From positions 90,675 through 154,674 of the forward strand of contig NZ_DASVSH010000031.1 in the NCBI RefSeq assembly GCF_036388215.1: a DNA stretch of 64,000 nt, in the 5' to 3' direction. Origin of the DNA: Sphingomonas sp. GTDB taxonomy: Bacteria > Pseudomonadota > Alphaproteobacteria > Sphingomonadales > Sphingomonadaceae. Below are positions 42,217 through 50,809 of the stretch, piece after piece. The stretch's first letter is position 1; each line of letters begins with the position of its first letter. A program made the translations under genes and the position numbers. The notes beneath the pieces are model-generated. The model was not told where the DNA came from. It ran no database searches and was given only the letters and a program-made list of their open reading frames with translations.

Positions 42217-42714
42217 TTAACGGCGGAGCAGCATGGCCAGCCGGGCGGCCATCAGCGTCGCGATGAACTTTAAGGGGAATGTCGGATATATGGGAACGTC
42301 GCCCGGAAGCGGCTCCTCTCCCCTCTTCTCCTTGGTGAATATCCGCATCTGCAGGGGCGGCGCATCCTCGCCAAAACGGGCGCGATAGATCGAGAACCAA
42401 TGCCCTTTGGTGAAATCGAGGTACATTGCCGTGTTGCAGCAGCTGGCGACCACCCGCCGGGTCGGCGACGCCTCGTCCAGCCTGTGATCGCGCAGCGATT
42501 CGCTGCCCCTCACCGTCTGGACACGGTCCTTTCGAAACAGGAGATAGGGGGTTCCCCCATGCGCGTCGCGGAAGGCGCGCGCATCATCGAGCGCCTCGAT
42601 CTGCTCGCCACCTTTCTGGCAATCGCCGCAATAACAGGCAGCGCCCAGGATCGGGGCGCCCATCACGGCGAGTGCCACGCTCCCGCATGCGCATTGGATC
42701 GTCACTAAGCCCAT
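42217..42714 (-). CDS. GFA/CENP-V-like zinc protein (DUF6151-like)
   Basis: CACG, CYCGDCQK, RRVVASCCNT motifs; start overlaps the leuA stop (TAATG). Confidence 0.8.
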   Translation of the reverse strand: MGLVTIQCACGSVALAVMGAPILGAACYCGDCQKGGEQIEALDDARAFRDAHGGTPYLLFRKDRVQTVRGSESLRDHRLDEASPTRRVVASCCNTAMYLDFTKGHWFSIYRARFGEDAPPLQMRIFTKEKRGEEPLPGDVPIYPTFPLKFIATLMAARLAMLLRR

Positions 42715-44384
42715 TATTCCCCCTTCCCCGCCCGGTTCGCCGCGCTCAGCACAGCACGCACCGAAGCCGTGGCGATATCGGCGTCGATCCCGGCGCCGAA
42801 CAGGGTGCGCCCGTCATCGGTGCGGCATTCGACATAGGCCGCGGCCTGCGCGTCCGAGCCGTGGCCGATCGCATGCTCGCTATAATCGACAACGTCGAGC
42901 GTGGGGCCGGTGGTGCCGGCCAGCGCATCGATCACGCCCGAGATCAAGCCGTTGCCGCGCCCGGAGATCGAACGGACCTGCCCGTCCACTGCGATCCGCC
43001 CCACGAACACCCGGCTGCCTACCGCACCGGTCTCCTCGTAATCGACCAGGGCGATCCGCGCGTCCTCCCCCGGCAAATACACCCGCTCGAACAATGCGCC
43101 GATGTCGGCGGCGTTGAGCTCGCGGCTGGTCTCGTCGGCCAGCGCCTGGACGTAGCGCGAAAAGTCGGCCTGCATCCGCTTGGGCAACTTCAGTCCGCGG
43201 TCCTGCTCGAGCACCCAGGCGACGCCGCCCTTGCCCGATTGCGAATTCACGCGGATCACCGCCTCGTAATCGCGCCCCAGATCCTTGGGATCGATCGGCA
43301 GATAGGGCACATCCCAGATCTGGTCGTTGCGCGCTTGCTGTGAAGCGAAGCCCTTCTTGATGGCGTCCTGATGGCTGCCCGAAAAGGCCGTGAACACCAG
43401 TTCTCCGGCATAAGGATGCCGCGGATGAACGGGCAGCTGGTTGCAATATTCGACAGTGTTGATCACTGAATCGATGTCGGAGAAATCCAGGCCCGGATCA
43501 ATGCCTTGGGTGTACATGTTCAAAGCGACTGTAACGAGATCGACGTTTCCCGTCCGCTCGCCATTCCCGAACAGGCAGCCTTCGACGCGGTCCGCCCCAG
43601 CCAGCAGCCCCAGTTCGGTCGCCGCCACGCCCGTGCCGCGGTCGTTGTGCGTATGCAGGCTGATCACCACGCTCTCACGATTGCGGATGTTGCGCCCGAA
43701 CCATTCGATCTGGTCGGCATAGACATTCGGCGTAGCGCATTCGACCGTCGCCGGCAGATTGAGGATGATCGGCCGCTCGGGCGTCGGCCGCAGCACTTCC
43801 ATCACCGCTTCGCAAACCTCGACCGAGAAATCCAGTTCGGCGGTCGAGAAGGTCTCGGGGCTATATTCGAAATGCCATTCGGTATCGGGCTGCTTGGCGG
43901 CCTCGTCGCGCATCACCTTGGCCCCCGCGACCGCGACTTCGCGTATCTCGTCGCGGCTCATCCCGAAAACGATGCGCCGCCATGCAGGCGAGACCGCATT
44001 GTAGAGGTGCACGATCGCCCGCTCCGCGCCGCGCAGGCTGGCGAAGCTCGTCTCTATCAGGTCCTGCCGCGATTGAGTGAGCACCTGGACGATCACGTCG
44101 CTGGGCACCTTCCCCTCGCGCACCAATCCGGAGATGAAATCGAATTCGGTCGCCCCCGCGCTCGGAAAGCCGACTTCGATCTCCTTGATCCCCACCCGGC
44201 AGAGCAATTCGAAGAAGCGCGTCTTCTTCTCCCCATCCATCGGATCGATCAGCGCCTGGTTGCCGTCGCGCATGTCAGTCGATAGCCAACGCGGCGCATA
44301 GGTGATGGTTTGGCCCGGCCATCGGCGGTCGGGCAAGTCGATTTGCGGAAACGGTCGGTATTTGACGCTGGGGTCGCGCAGCAT
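42714..44384 (-). CDS. leuA: 2-isopropylmalate synthase (yeast-type LeuA)
   Basis: [57 protein letters not shown]. Confidence 0.99.
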   Translation of the reverse strand: MLRDPSVKYRPFPQIDLPDRRWPGQTITYAPRWLSTDMRDGNQALIDPMDGEKKTRFFELLCRVGIKEIEVGFPSAGATEFDFISGLVREGKVPSDVIVQVLTQSRQDLIETSFASLRGAERAIVHLYNAVSPAWRRIVFGMSRDEIREVAVAGAKVMRDEAAKQPDTEWHFEYSPETFSTAELDFSVEVCEAVMEVLRPTPERPIILNLPATVECATPNVYADQIEWFGRNIRNRESVVISLHTHNDRGTGVAATELGLLAGADRVEGCLFGNGERTGNVDLVTVALNMYTQGIDPGLDFSDIDSVINTVEYCNQLPVHPRHPYAGELVFTAFSGSHQDAIKKGFASQQARNDQIWDVPYLPIDPKDLGRDYEAVIRVNSQSGKGGVAWVLEQDRGLKLPKRMQADFSRYVQALADETSRELNAADIGALFERVYLPGEDARIALVDYEETGAVGSRVFVGRIAVDGQVRSISGRGNGLISGVIDALAGTTGPTLDVVDYSEHAIGHGSDAQAAAYVECRTDDGRTLFGAGIDADIATASVRAVLSAANRAGKGE

Positions 44385-44417
44385 GGGCTCAACTCTCGGA
44401 TAAAGCGGTCGGTAAAG

Positions 44418-44516
44418 GTCAAAGGCCCTTAGGGACGCGCGCGCAGCGACACAGCCCTAAGGGCGGATAAGTCGCAGTCCGAGAAGCGCGGTGGCCGTCA
44501 TGATGCGCACAGTCAT
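44418..44516 (-). promoter_or_regulatory. Leucine leader peptide and attenuator of leuA
   Basis: uORF 44516-44457 MTVRIMTATALLGLRLIRP* with 4 Leu codons; complementary CCCTTAGGG / CCCTAAGGG boxes overlap the stop and are followed by T-rich CCTTTGACCTTT. Confidence 0.8.
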
Positions 44517-44615
44517 GCCCCGCGCATCGCCGCTTGTCCACCGCTTCGGCGCGCAGGAAATCTTAAGCCCAGCCCTGTAGCGGCTTTAGCGAGCGAAGCG
44601 GCTAGGGATTCGAAT

Positions 44616-45011
44616 ATGTTACAGCTCGTATATGTGAGCAGCGCAAATCGCCGCGAAGCGCCTGACCCCGCCAGCATCCTGGCCGTCTCCCGCGGCAACA
44701 ATCGCCGGGACGGCATCACCGGCATGCTCTATTCAGACGGCACCCGGTTCCTCCAGGTGCTCGAAGGCCCCGACGAGAGGGTCGAAGCTGCCTACGCCCG
44801 CATCCAGGCCGATCCGCGCCATCGCGCCATCGTCATTCTATCCCGCCGGGCTATCGACGCGCGCGAGTTCGGCGAATGGGAGATGGCGCATCATGCGCCC
44901 GGCGGCGACGCCGACGCCTTTATCGAACGTATCGCGGAGCTCGCCGCCAATGCATCGAGCGACATCCGCGCAACCTTCGAAGGCTTCGCGAAGGTGCGCC
45001 GCGCCGCCTGA
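44616..45011 (+). CDS. Stand-alone BLUF blue-light photoreceptor
   Basis: QLVYVS (Tyr), SRGNNRRDGITGML, FLQVLEG (Gln), I..DPRH, FGEWEM. Confidence 0.95.
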   Translation: MLQLVYVSSANRREAPDPASILAVSRGNNRRDGITGMLYSDGTRFLQVLEGPDERVEAAYARIQADPRHRAIVILSRRAIDAREFGEWEMAHHAPGGDADAFIERIAELAANASSDIRATFEGFAKVRRAA

Positions 45012-45017
45012 ACCCGC

Positions 45018-45206
45018 TTAGTGGGCGTTGGCGGTCTCGTTTTCCGCGGCAGGAGCCGCCTCGGTCTCGGGGGTCTCGCTCGGCCTGGGGCTCGGCGTCG
45101 CGACGATCTCCGCAACGGGAGGCGCCTCGGCATAATTGGTGCCCGTGGTTCCGCCACCGCCGCACGCGGCCAGCATCAGCAATCCGCCCAGCACCAGCAC
45201 TCGCAT
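45018..45206 (-). CDS. Small lipoprotein (62 aa)
   Basis: MRVLVLGGLLMLAAC lipobox, followed by a Pro/Glu/Thr-rich disordered tail. Confidence 0.7.
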   Translation of the reverse strand: MRVLVLGGLLMLAACGGGGTTGTNYAEAPPVAEIVATPSPRPSETPETEAAPAAENETANAH

Positions 45207-45471
45207 CGTTCGCCTCCCCCAATCCGCCTGGCCATGCGATAGCACGGCTCCAGCGTCGCTCCTACCGTGCGAAAAGCGCCTCTCCTTGGGCTCTGCGGAA
45301 AAGTCTCGCTGGACAGACGCGCGATACCAAGATCAAAGGGCGTCAGGTACGTGCATCGGAAGCCAATCCGCAATATGTCTTGCGGAGCGACAGCGGCGGG
45401 AGAGCGCCGCAATAGCCGTCTGCGCTTACCAAGCTATAGCCCGGAAACGGGCACGAACAGGAGATGATAAT

Positions 45472-45729
45472 ATGGCCGAGACCAAAGCACGCGGCGGCAT
45501 CGCCAAGCCCGTCACCCCCTCGCCCGAGCTGGCGAAGATCACCGGTTCGGCCGCGCTGCCGCGCAGCGAAGTGGTGAGCAAGATGTGGGCCTACATCAAG
45601 AAGAACAACCTCCAAAACCCTGCAAACAAGCGGGAAATTCTGGCTGACGACACGCTCAAGCCGATCTTCGGCGTGGACAAGTGCACCATGTTCGAAATGA
45701 ACAAGCACCTCTCCAAGCATATGAAGTGA
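45472..45729 (+). CDS. SWIB/MDM2-domain protein
   Basis: PSPELAKITG...PRSEVVSKMWAYIKKNNLQNP.NKREI.ADDTLKPIFG...MFEMNKHLSKH; AGGAG RBS. Confidence 0.93.
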   Translation: MAETKARGGIAKPVTPSPELAKITGSAALPRSEVVSKMWAYIKKNNLQNPANKREILADDTLKPIFGVDKCTMFEMNKHLSKHMK

Positions 45730-45771
45730 TGTCCCGGCCGGCGTGATGCCGGCTTGGGCTTTGCCGAAACC

Positions 45772-45803
45772 GCGGGGCGGGTCTCGAAAGGGACCCGCCC
45801 CGC
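45772..45803. terminator. Strong hairpin between convergent genes
   Basis: GCGGGGCGGGTCTC-GAAA-GGGACCCGCCCCGC. Confidence 0.7.
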
Positions 45804-45830
45804 TCGTTTGGCGCCGCCGCCCGGCGCGAC

Positions 45831-46229
45831 TCAGCGGTCGGCGACGACCTGAATGCGCAGGATTCGCCCGTCGCGCCCGCCATCCGCACCCGATTCCTCG
45901 ATCTCGAAACGAGTCGCATCGGCTGAAACCACTGTCTGGGGCCGCGATCCCGGCTGTTTTTCCACAGCAATTTTCGCACCCCGCAAGCAAGCAGCGATCC
46001 GCGTGCTCACGCTTTTCTGCGTGATTTCGGCGGGCAGCCGGCTTTGCTGGCAGAAAAAGCCCTCGCCGCCGGGGAAGCACCCGTGCGCGAGCAGCATCGG
46101 CTTGAAGTCTTCCTCTCGCAGCGACTGGAACGCAAAGGGCTCGCGTGCGGCCTGGGTCAATCGCTGGACATCGCTGCAAAACGGGTCGGCGAGCGCGATC
46201 AGGGCAAGGGCGGCGGCGACGGCAGACAT
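45831..46229 (-). CDS. Secreted Cys-containing hypothetical protein
   Basis: Hydrophobic N-terminus, four Cys, fills the intergenic space. Confidence 0.6.
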   Translation of the reverse strand: MSAVAAALALIALADPFCSDVQRLTQAAREPFAFQSLREEDFKPMLLAHGCFPGGEGFFCQQSRLPAEITQKSVSTRIAACLRGAKIAVEKQPGSRPQTVVSADATRFEIEESGADGGRDGRILRIQVVADR

Positions 46230-46301
46230 GGCATGCTTTCAAAATCCGGGGTGGTCACCTTAACGCACCACTGGCATTGCCGGGTCCTGAACGGAGGACC
46301 C

Positions 46302-46481
46302 ATGGCCGAACGCTTTGAACGCCACCGCCAACCCTGGCGGCAGGACGAGATCCAGAAGCTCCATACGCTCGCCAAAAAGGGCATGCCCTTGCGCGGCATC
46401 GCCAAGGCGCTCACTCGCAGCGAGGAATCGGTAAAGGAACGCGCCAAGCTGGATGGGCTGGGCATCGCCAAGCTGCATTGA
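46302..46481 (+). CDS. Small HTH/Myb-like protein (GcrA-N-like, 59 aa)
   Basis: GGAGG RBS; W..DEIQKL..LAKKG.PLR.IAKAL.RSEESVKERA pattern. Confidence 0.8.
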   Translation: MAERFERHRQPWRQDEIQKLHTLAKKGMPLRGIAKALTRSEESVKERAKLDGLGIAKLH

Positions 46482-46488
46482 ACTAAAA

Positions 46489-46575
46489 CCGCTCATGCTG
46501 AGCTTGTCGAAGCACTCTTCTTTCTCCATCGCTCGAAGCGAGCAAAACCCTTCGACAAGCTCAGGGTGAGCGGAG
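46489..46575. repeat. Family-A REP pair
   Basis: CCGCTCATGCTGAGCTTGTCGAAG ... CTTCGACAAGCTCAGGGTGAGCGGAG. Confidence 0.92.
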
Positions 46576-46583
46576 TTTAGTCC

Positions 46584-47762
46584 CTGTCCCAGCCCACCCC
46601 CTACGACGCCATCATCCTCGGCGCAGGCGCCGCCGGCCTGATGTGCGCCCTCACCGCCGGCCAGCGCGGCCGCCGGGTGCTGCTGATCGATCATGCGGAC
46701 CAGGTGGGCAAGAAAATCCTTATCTCGGGCGGCGGGCGCTGCAACTTCACCAACATTCACACCGCGCCCGATCGCTACATTTCCGCTAACCCGCATTTCG
46801 CCAAATCGGCGCTCGGCCGCTACACCGCCCAGGACTTCCTCGACCTGGTGGAGCGCCACCACATCGCCTGGCACGAAAAGACCCTCGGCCAGCTTTTCTG
46901 CGACGGCTCCGCGCGGCAGATCGTGGATATGCTGCTGAAGGAATGCGCGGCCGGCGACGTGGATATCTGGCTAGGCCGCCCCGCGACCGTCGAACACTCC
47001 GATGCCCGCTACAGCATCGCCTGCGGCGCTCGCACCGCCGAAGCCCCCGCCCTCGTCATCGCCACCGGCGGCCCCTCCATCCCCAGGATGGGCGCGACCG
47101 GCTTTGCCTATGATCTCGCCCGCAGCCTCGGCCTAAAGATCATCGAGCCCCGCCCCGCCTTGGTGCCGCTGACCCTCAGCGGCGAGCAGGCATTGTTCAG
47201 CGAACTGTCAGGCGTCGCCACGGACGTGATCGCCCGCGCCGGTAAGGCAGCGTTCCGCGAAGCCGCGCTCTTCACCCACCGCGGCCTCTCCGGCCCCGCG
47301 ATCCTCCAAATCTCCAGCTATTGGCAGCATGGCGAAGCGATCCACATCGATTTCCTCCCCGATGCGGGGGCCGGCTGGCTCACCCAAGCCAAGCGCAACC
47401 GCCCTCGCGTCACTCTTCGCAAGCTGCTGGGCGATGCCCTGCCCGATCGCCTCGCCGCCGCGCTCGCGGAGCAACTGGCGCTGCCCGGCGAACTCCAGAA
47501 CCACTCTGATCGCGCCCTAGCCGCCGCCCAGGCCCGCCTAGCCGCCTGGAGCTTCACCCCCAACGGCACCGAAGGCTATGCCAAGGCCGAAGTCACCATC
47601 GGCGGCATATCCACCGCCGAGTTAAGCTCCCAGACGATGGAAGCCCGCAAGGTCCCCGGCCTCTACGCGATCGGCGAAGCGGTGGACGTCACCGGCTGGC
47701 TCGGCGGCTATAATTTCCAGTGGGCCTGGGCCAGCGGTTGGGCGGCGGGGCAGGCGGTTTAG
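46584..47762 (+). CDS. HI0933/YhiN/BaiN-like flavoprotein, probable CTG start
   Basis: DAIILGAGAAG Rossmann motif, KILISGGGRCNFTN, AEVTIGG, GEAVDVTGWLGGYNFQWAW; in-frame TAG at 46578 leaves only CTG (46584) upstream of the FAD motif. Confidence 0.9.
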   Translation: MSQPTPYDAIILGAGAAGLMCALTAGQRGRRVLLIDHADQVGKKILISGGGRCNFTNIHTAPDRYISANPHFAKSALGRYTAQDFLDLVERHHIAWHEKTLGQLFCDGSARQIVDMLLKECAAGDVDIWLGRPATVEHSDARYSIACGARTAEAPALVIATGGPSIPRMGATGFAYDLARSLGLKIIEPRPALVPLTLSGEQALFSELSGVATDVIARAGKAAFREAALFTHRGLSGPAILQISSYWQHGEAIHIDFLPDAGAGWLTQAKRNRPRVTLRKLLGDALPDRLAAALAEQLALPGELQNHSDRALAAAQARLAAWSFTPNGTEGYAKAEVTIGGISTAELSSQTMEARKVPGLYAIGEAVDVTGWLGGYNFQWAWASGWAAGQAV

Positions 47763-47765
47763 AAC

Positions 47766-47795
47766 GCTACAGCTTACGACCCGATCGTGGACATT
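47766..47795. repeat. Degenerate cassette-flanking palindrome upstream of the YdeI-like gene
   Basis: GCTACAGCT-TACGACCCGAT-CGTGGACATT resembles the GWCCGCT-N10/11-(A/T)GCGGAC pattern. Confidence 0.4.
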
Positions 47796-47858
47796 CCTTC
47801 ATCCGGCCGCCAAGCTGGGAAGGCGCCGTTCACCACGGCGGGCATGCTCGGAGGTATC

Positions 47859-48170
47859 GTGGCAAACGCATTTTCCCATGGCACGGTCCACGAAGCCGGT
47901 GACGACCTTCAGGCGGCAATACGGTCGGACCCCGAAATCCTTGCGCTGTGGGAAAGCCTGACGCCGCTCGGCAGGAATGAGTTCATCTGCTGGGTCGATG
48001 ACGCGAAGCAGCCAAAGACGCGCCACCGTCGCATCGAGCGAACCCGTGAAGAACTGCTGGAGGGAAAGAAGCGCCCCTGCTGCTGGGCGGGCTGCATCCA
48101 CCGCACCGACAAGGCGCCAAGCCCATGGCAACAGGCCGTGCTGATCGATCAGAAGGCGAAGCGGCAGTAG
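47859..48170 (+). CDS. YdeI/OmpD-associated (bacteriocin-protection-like) small protein
   Basis: W..LTPLGRNEFICWVDDAKQ..TR.RRI.R..E.L.EGK, C-terminal RPCCWAGC; GGAGG RBS. Confidence 0.85.
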   Translation: MANAFSHGTVHEAGDDLQAAIRSDPEILALWESLTPLGRNEFICWVDDAKQPKTRHRRIERTREELLEGKKRPCCWAGCIHRTDKAPSPWQQAVLIDQKAKRQ

Positions 48171-48237
48171 TTCCTCCCCGTCACCCCGAGTTCGACCCGG
48201 GGTTCCGCTTCCTTCTCGCCAAGAAGGGGATCCGCCC

Positions 48238-48297
48238 TGCACTGTAGGACTCCCCCTGCTTGGCTGAGCCTTCAGCATCGCCCGCTTGCTCTTTGAA
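48238..48297. repeat. Dispersed element, diverged copy 3
   Basis: 30/33 match to the copy 1 core, then the same 17-nt spacing to GCTCTTTGAA. Confidence 0.8.
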
Positions 48298-48408
48298 CCA
48301 TCCATCCCCCCGTTCGTCACCCGACCGATAATTTCCTGTCCCACGCAACTTTCGATCACGATTCGCGGGAAAAGTGCGAGGCCAAGCCGCCACGTTCCCT
48401 ACATTAAG

Positions 48409-48437
48409 CTTGCCCTTTTCCCCCCTCGCGCCCATTT
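48409..48437 (+). promoter_or_regulatory. RpoH-like promoter of the DEAD-box gene, near-leaderless
   Basis: CTTG-N18-CCCATTT, 9 nt before ATG 48447, no RBS. Confidence 0.45.
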
Positions 48438-48446
48438 GCACCGCTC

Positions 48447-50252
48447 ATGCCATTTTCGCACCTCCCCCCGCTTCTCGCCGAAGCGCTCGCCGCGCGTGGC
48501 TATGCCTCGCCCACGCCTGTCCAGGCCCATGTCATCGAGCCGGAGGCGCTGGGCCGCGACCTCATCGTCTCGGCGCAGACCGGATCGGGCAAGACCGTCG
48601 CCTTCGGCCTTGCAATGGCCGGCCAGCTCCTCGGGGAGGACAGCCGCGTCGTCGCGAGCCGCGAGCCGTTGGCGCTGATCATCGCGCCGACCCGCGAACT
48701 GGCGCTCCAGGTCAGCCGCGAGCTAATGTGGCTTTATGGCCAGGCCGGCGCGCGCATCGCCACCTGCGTCGGGGGGATGGACGCCAGCAAGGAGCGCCGC
48801 CAGCTCAATTTCGGCGCACACATCGTCGTCGGGACGCCGGGGCGGCTGCGCGACCATCTGGAGCGTGGCGCGCTCGACCTTTCGGCGCTCCGCGTCGCGG
48901 TGCTGGATGAGGCCGATGAGATGCTCGACATGGGCTTTCGCGATGATCTCGAGCACATTCTCGATGCTTCGCCCAGCGAGCGCCGCACGCTGCTTTTCTC
49001 GGCGACGATGCCCAAGCCGATCGTCGCGCTCGCCAGGCGCTACCAGCGCGACGCGCTGCGCATCTCGACCGTGGGCGAGGATCGCGGGCACGGCGACATC
49101 CAGTATCAGTGCGTCACCGTCAGCCCCTCGGAAATCGAGCATGCGGTGATCAACCTGCTGCGCTTCCACGAGGCCGAGACGGCGATCCTGTTCTGCGCCA
49201 CGCGCGACAATGTCCGCCACTTGCACGCCACGTTGGTCGAGCGCGGCTTCTCCGCCGTGGCGCTGTCAGGTGAGCACAGCCAGAGCGAGCGCAACCAGGC
49301 GCTGCAAGCGCTGCGCGACCGCCGCGCCCGCGTCTGCGTCGCGACCGACGTTGCCGCGCGCGGCATCGATTTGCCCAGCGTCACGCTCGTCGTCCATGTC
49401 GAACTGCCACGCGACGCCGAAGCGCTCCAGCATCGCTCCGGCCGCACGGGGCGCGCGGGCAAGAAGGGCACCGCCGTGCTCATCGTTCCCTTCCCGCGCC
49501 GGCGCCGCGTCGAATCCATGCTCAAGGGCGCGCGGATCGAGGCCCAGTGGATCGATCCCCCCAGCGCCGAATCGATCCGGATCAATGATCGCGAGCGGCT
49601 GATCGCCACGATGCTCGAGCCGGTGGAGATCGACGATGAGGATCGCGCGCTGGCCGAGCGCCTGATGGCCGAGAAGCCGCCCGAGGATATCGCGGCCCTG
49701 CTGGTCCGCGCCCACCGCGCGGCGATGCCGCAGCCCGAGGAGCTGATGCAGCAGACCCCGGAGACGCGCCGCGCCGCGCAGCAGGAGAAGCATCGTCCCG
49801 GCTTCGAGGACGTGGTCTGGTTCCGCATGGATATCGGCCGCCGCCAGAATGCCGATGCGCGTTGGATCCTGCCGCTGATCTGCCGCCGCGGGCATCTCAC
49901 CAAGAACGAGATCGGCGCGATCCGCATCGCCCAGAACGAAACCATGTTCCAGATTCCGCGAGCGGTGGCCGCCAAGTTCGCCGCCGCCGTCGCGCGTACC
50001 GCCGATGCCGATGGGGAGGATGAATCGGGCGTGCGCTTCGAAGCCGCCGAGCAGGGCCCGGTCGATGCCGCCCGCCCCGCCGCTCGCCCGACGCTCCATC
50101 GCAGCACGGCGCCGCCTAGTGACGGACCGCGTCCCAATCGCGCCGGCCCGCCGCGCGGGCCCCATATGGGCCGTCCCATGCCGCGCCATCAGGCCAAGCC
50201 ATATCAAAAGGGCCCGCCCAAGGGACCCAGGGGCCCCAAGCCGCAACGATGA
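48447..50252 (+). CDS. DEAD-box RNA helicase with DbpA-type RNA-binding domain (DeaD-like)
   Basis: AQTGSGKT, PTRELA, VLDEADEML, FSAT, ATDVAARGID, HRSGRTGRAG, C-terminal WF....GR...A..RW. Confidence 0.97.
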   Translation: MPFSHLPPLLAEALAARGYASPTPVQAHVIEPEALGRDLIVSAQTGSGKTVAFGLAMAGQLLGEDSRVVASREPLALIIAPTRELALQVSRELMWLYGQAGARIATCVGGMDASKERRQLNFGAHIVVGTPGRLRDHLERGALDLSALRVAVLDEADEMLDMGFRDDLEHILDASPSERRTLLFSATMPKPIVALARRYQRDALRISTVGEDRGHGDIQYQCVTVSPSEIEHAVINLLRFHEAETAILFCATRDNVRHLHATLVERGFSAVALSGEHSQSERNQALQALRDRRARVCVATDVAARGIDLPSVTLVVHVELPRDAEALQHRSGRTGRAGKKGTAVLIVPFPRRRRVESMLKGARIEAQWIDPPSAESIRINDRERLIATMLEPVEIDDEDRALAERLMAEKPPEDIAALLVRAHRAAMPQPEELMQQTPETRRAAQQEKHRPGFEDVVWFRMDIGRRQNADARWILPLICRRGHLTKNEIGAIRIAQNETMFQIPRAVAAKFAAAVARTADADGEDESGVRFEAAEQGPVDAARPAARPTLHRSTAPPSDGPRPNRAGPPRGPHMGRPMPRHQAKPYQKGPPKGPRGPKPQR

Positions 50253-50734
50253 GCGCTGGGGTTAGCGCCGGTATCCGCATCCTGGTCGATGCCGACGCCT
50301 GCCCGGTGAAGGACGAGATCTACAAGGTCGCGTGGCGGCACGAACTGCCCGTGGTGATCGTCAGCAACTCCTGGCTGCGCGTGCCCCAGCATCCACTGGT
50401 CAGCCGCCAGGTGGTGAGCGACGGCTTCGACGCCGCGGACGATTGGATCGTAGAGCAAGCCGATAGCCGGTCGGTAGTGATAACCGCCGATATCCTGCTG
50501 GCCGATCGCACGCTCAAGGCCGGCGCCGCGGTGCTCTCCCCCACCGGCAAGCCCTTCACCAGCAGCTCGATCGGATCGGCCATCGCCACCCGCGCGATCA
50601 TGGCCGATCTGCGCGCTGGCGGCGATCAGCTCGGCGGCCCCGCTCCTTTCGCGGCGACCGATCGCTCCCGGTTCCTTCAAGCGCTGGATACCGCGCTGGT
50701 GGCGCTCAAGCGGCGGCCCCCTGTTCAGTTCTAA
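50249..50734 (+). CDS. YaiI/YqxD (UPF0178) family protein
   Basis: ILVDADACPVKDE, GFDAADDWI, VITADILLA. Confidence 0.93.
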   Translation: MSAGVSAGIRILVDADACPVKDEIYKVAWRHELPVVIVSNSWLRVPQHPLVSRQVVSDGFDAADDWIVEQADSRSVVITADILLADRTLKAGAAVLSPTGKPFTSSSIGSAIATRAIMADLRAGGDQLGGPAPFAATDRSRFLQALDTALVALKRRPPVQF

Positions 50735-50768
50735 AAAAAAGACCCGCCGCGCGGGTGCGCGACGGGCC
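50734..50768 (-). terminator. Intrinsic terminator of the TonB receptor gene
   Basis: Minus strand CCCGTCGCGC-ACCC-GCGCGGCGGG followed by T and a T7 run. Confidence 0.75.
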
Positions 50769-50809
50769 CTTCCACGTACCGAACGCCAAGGGCGTTCGGA
50801 ACCCAGATC

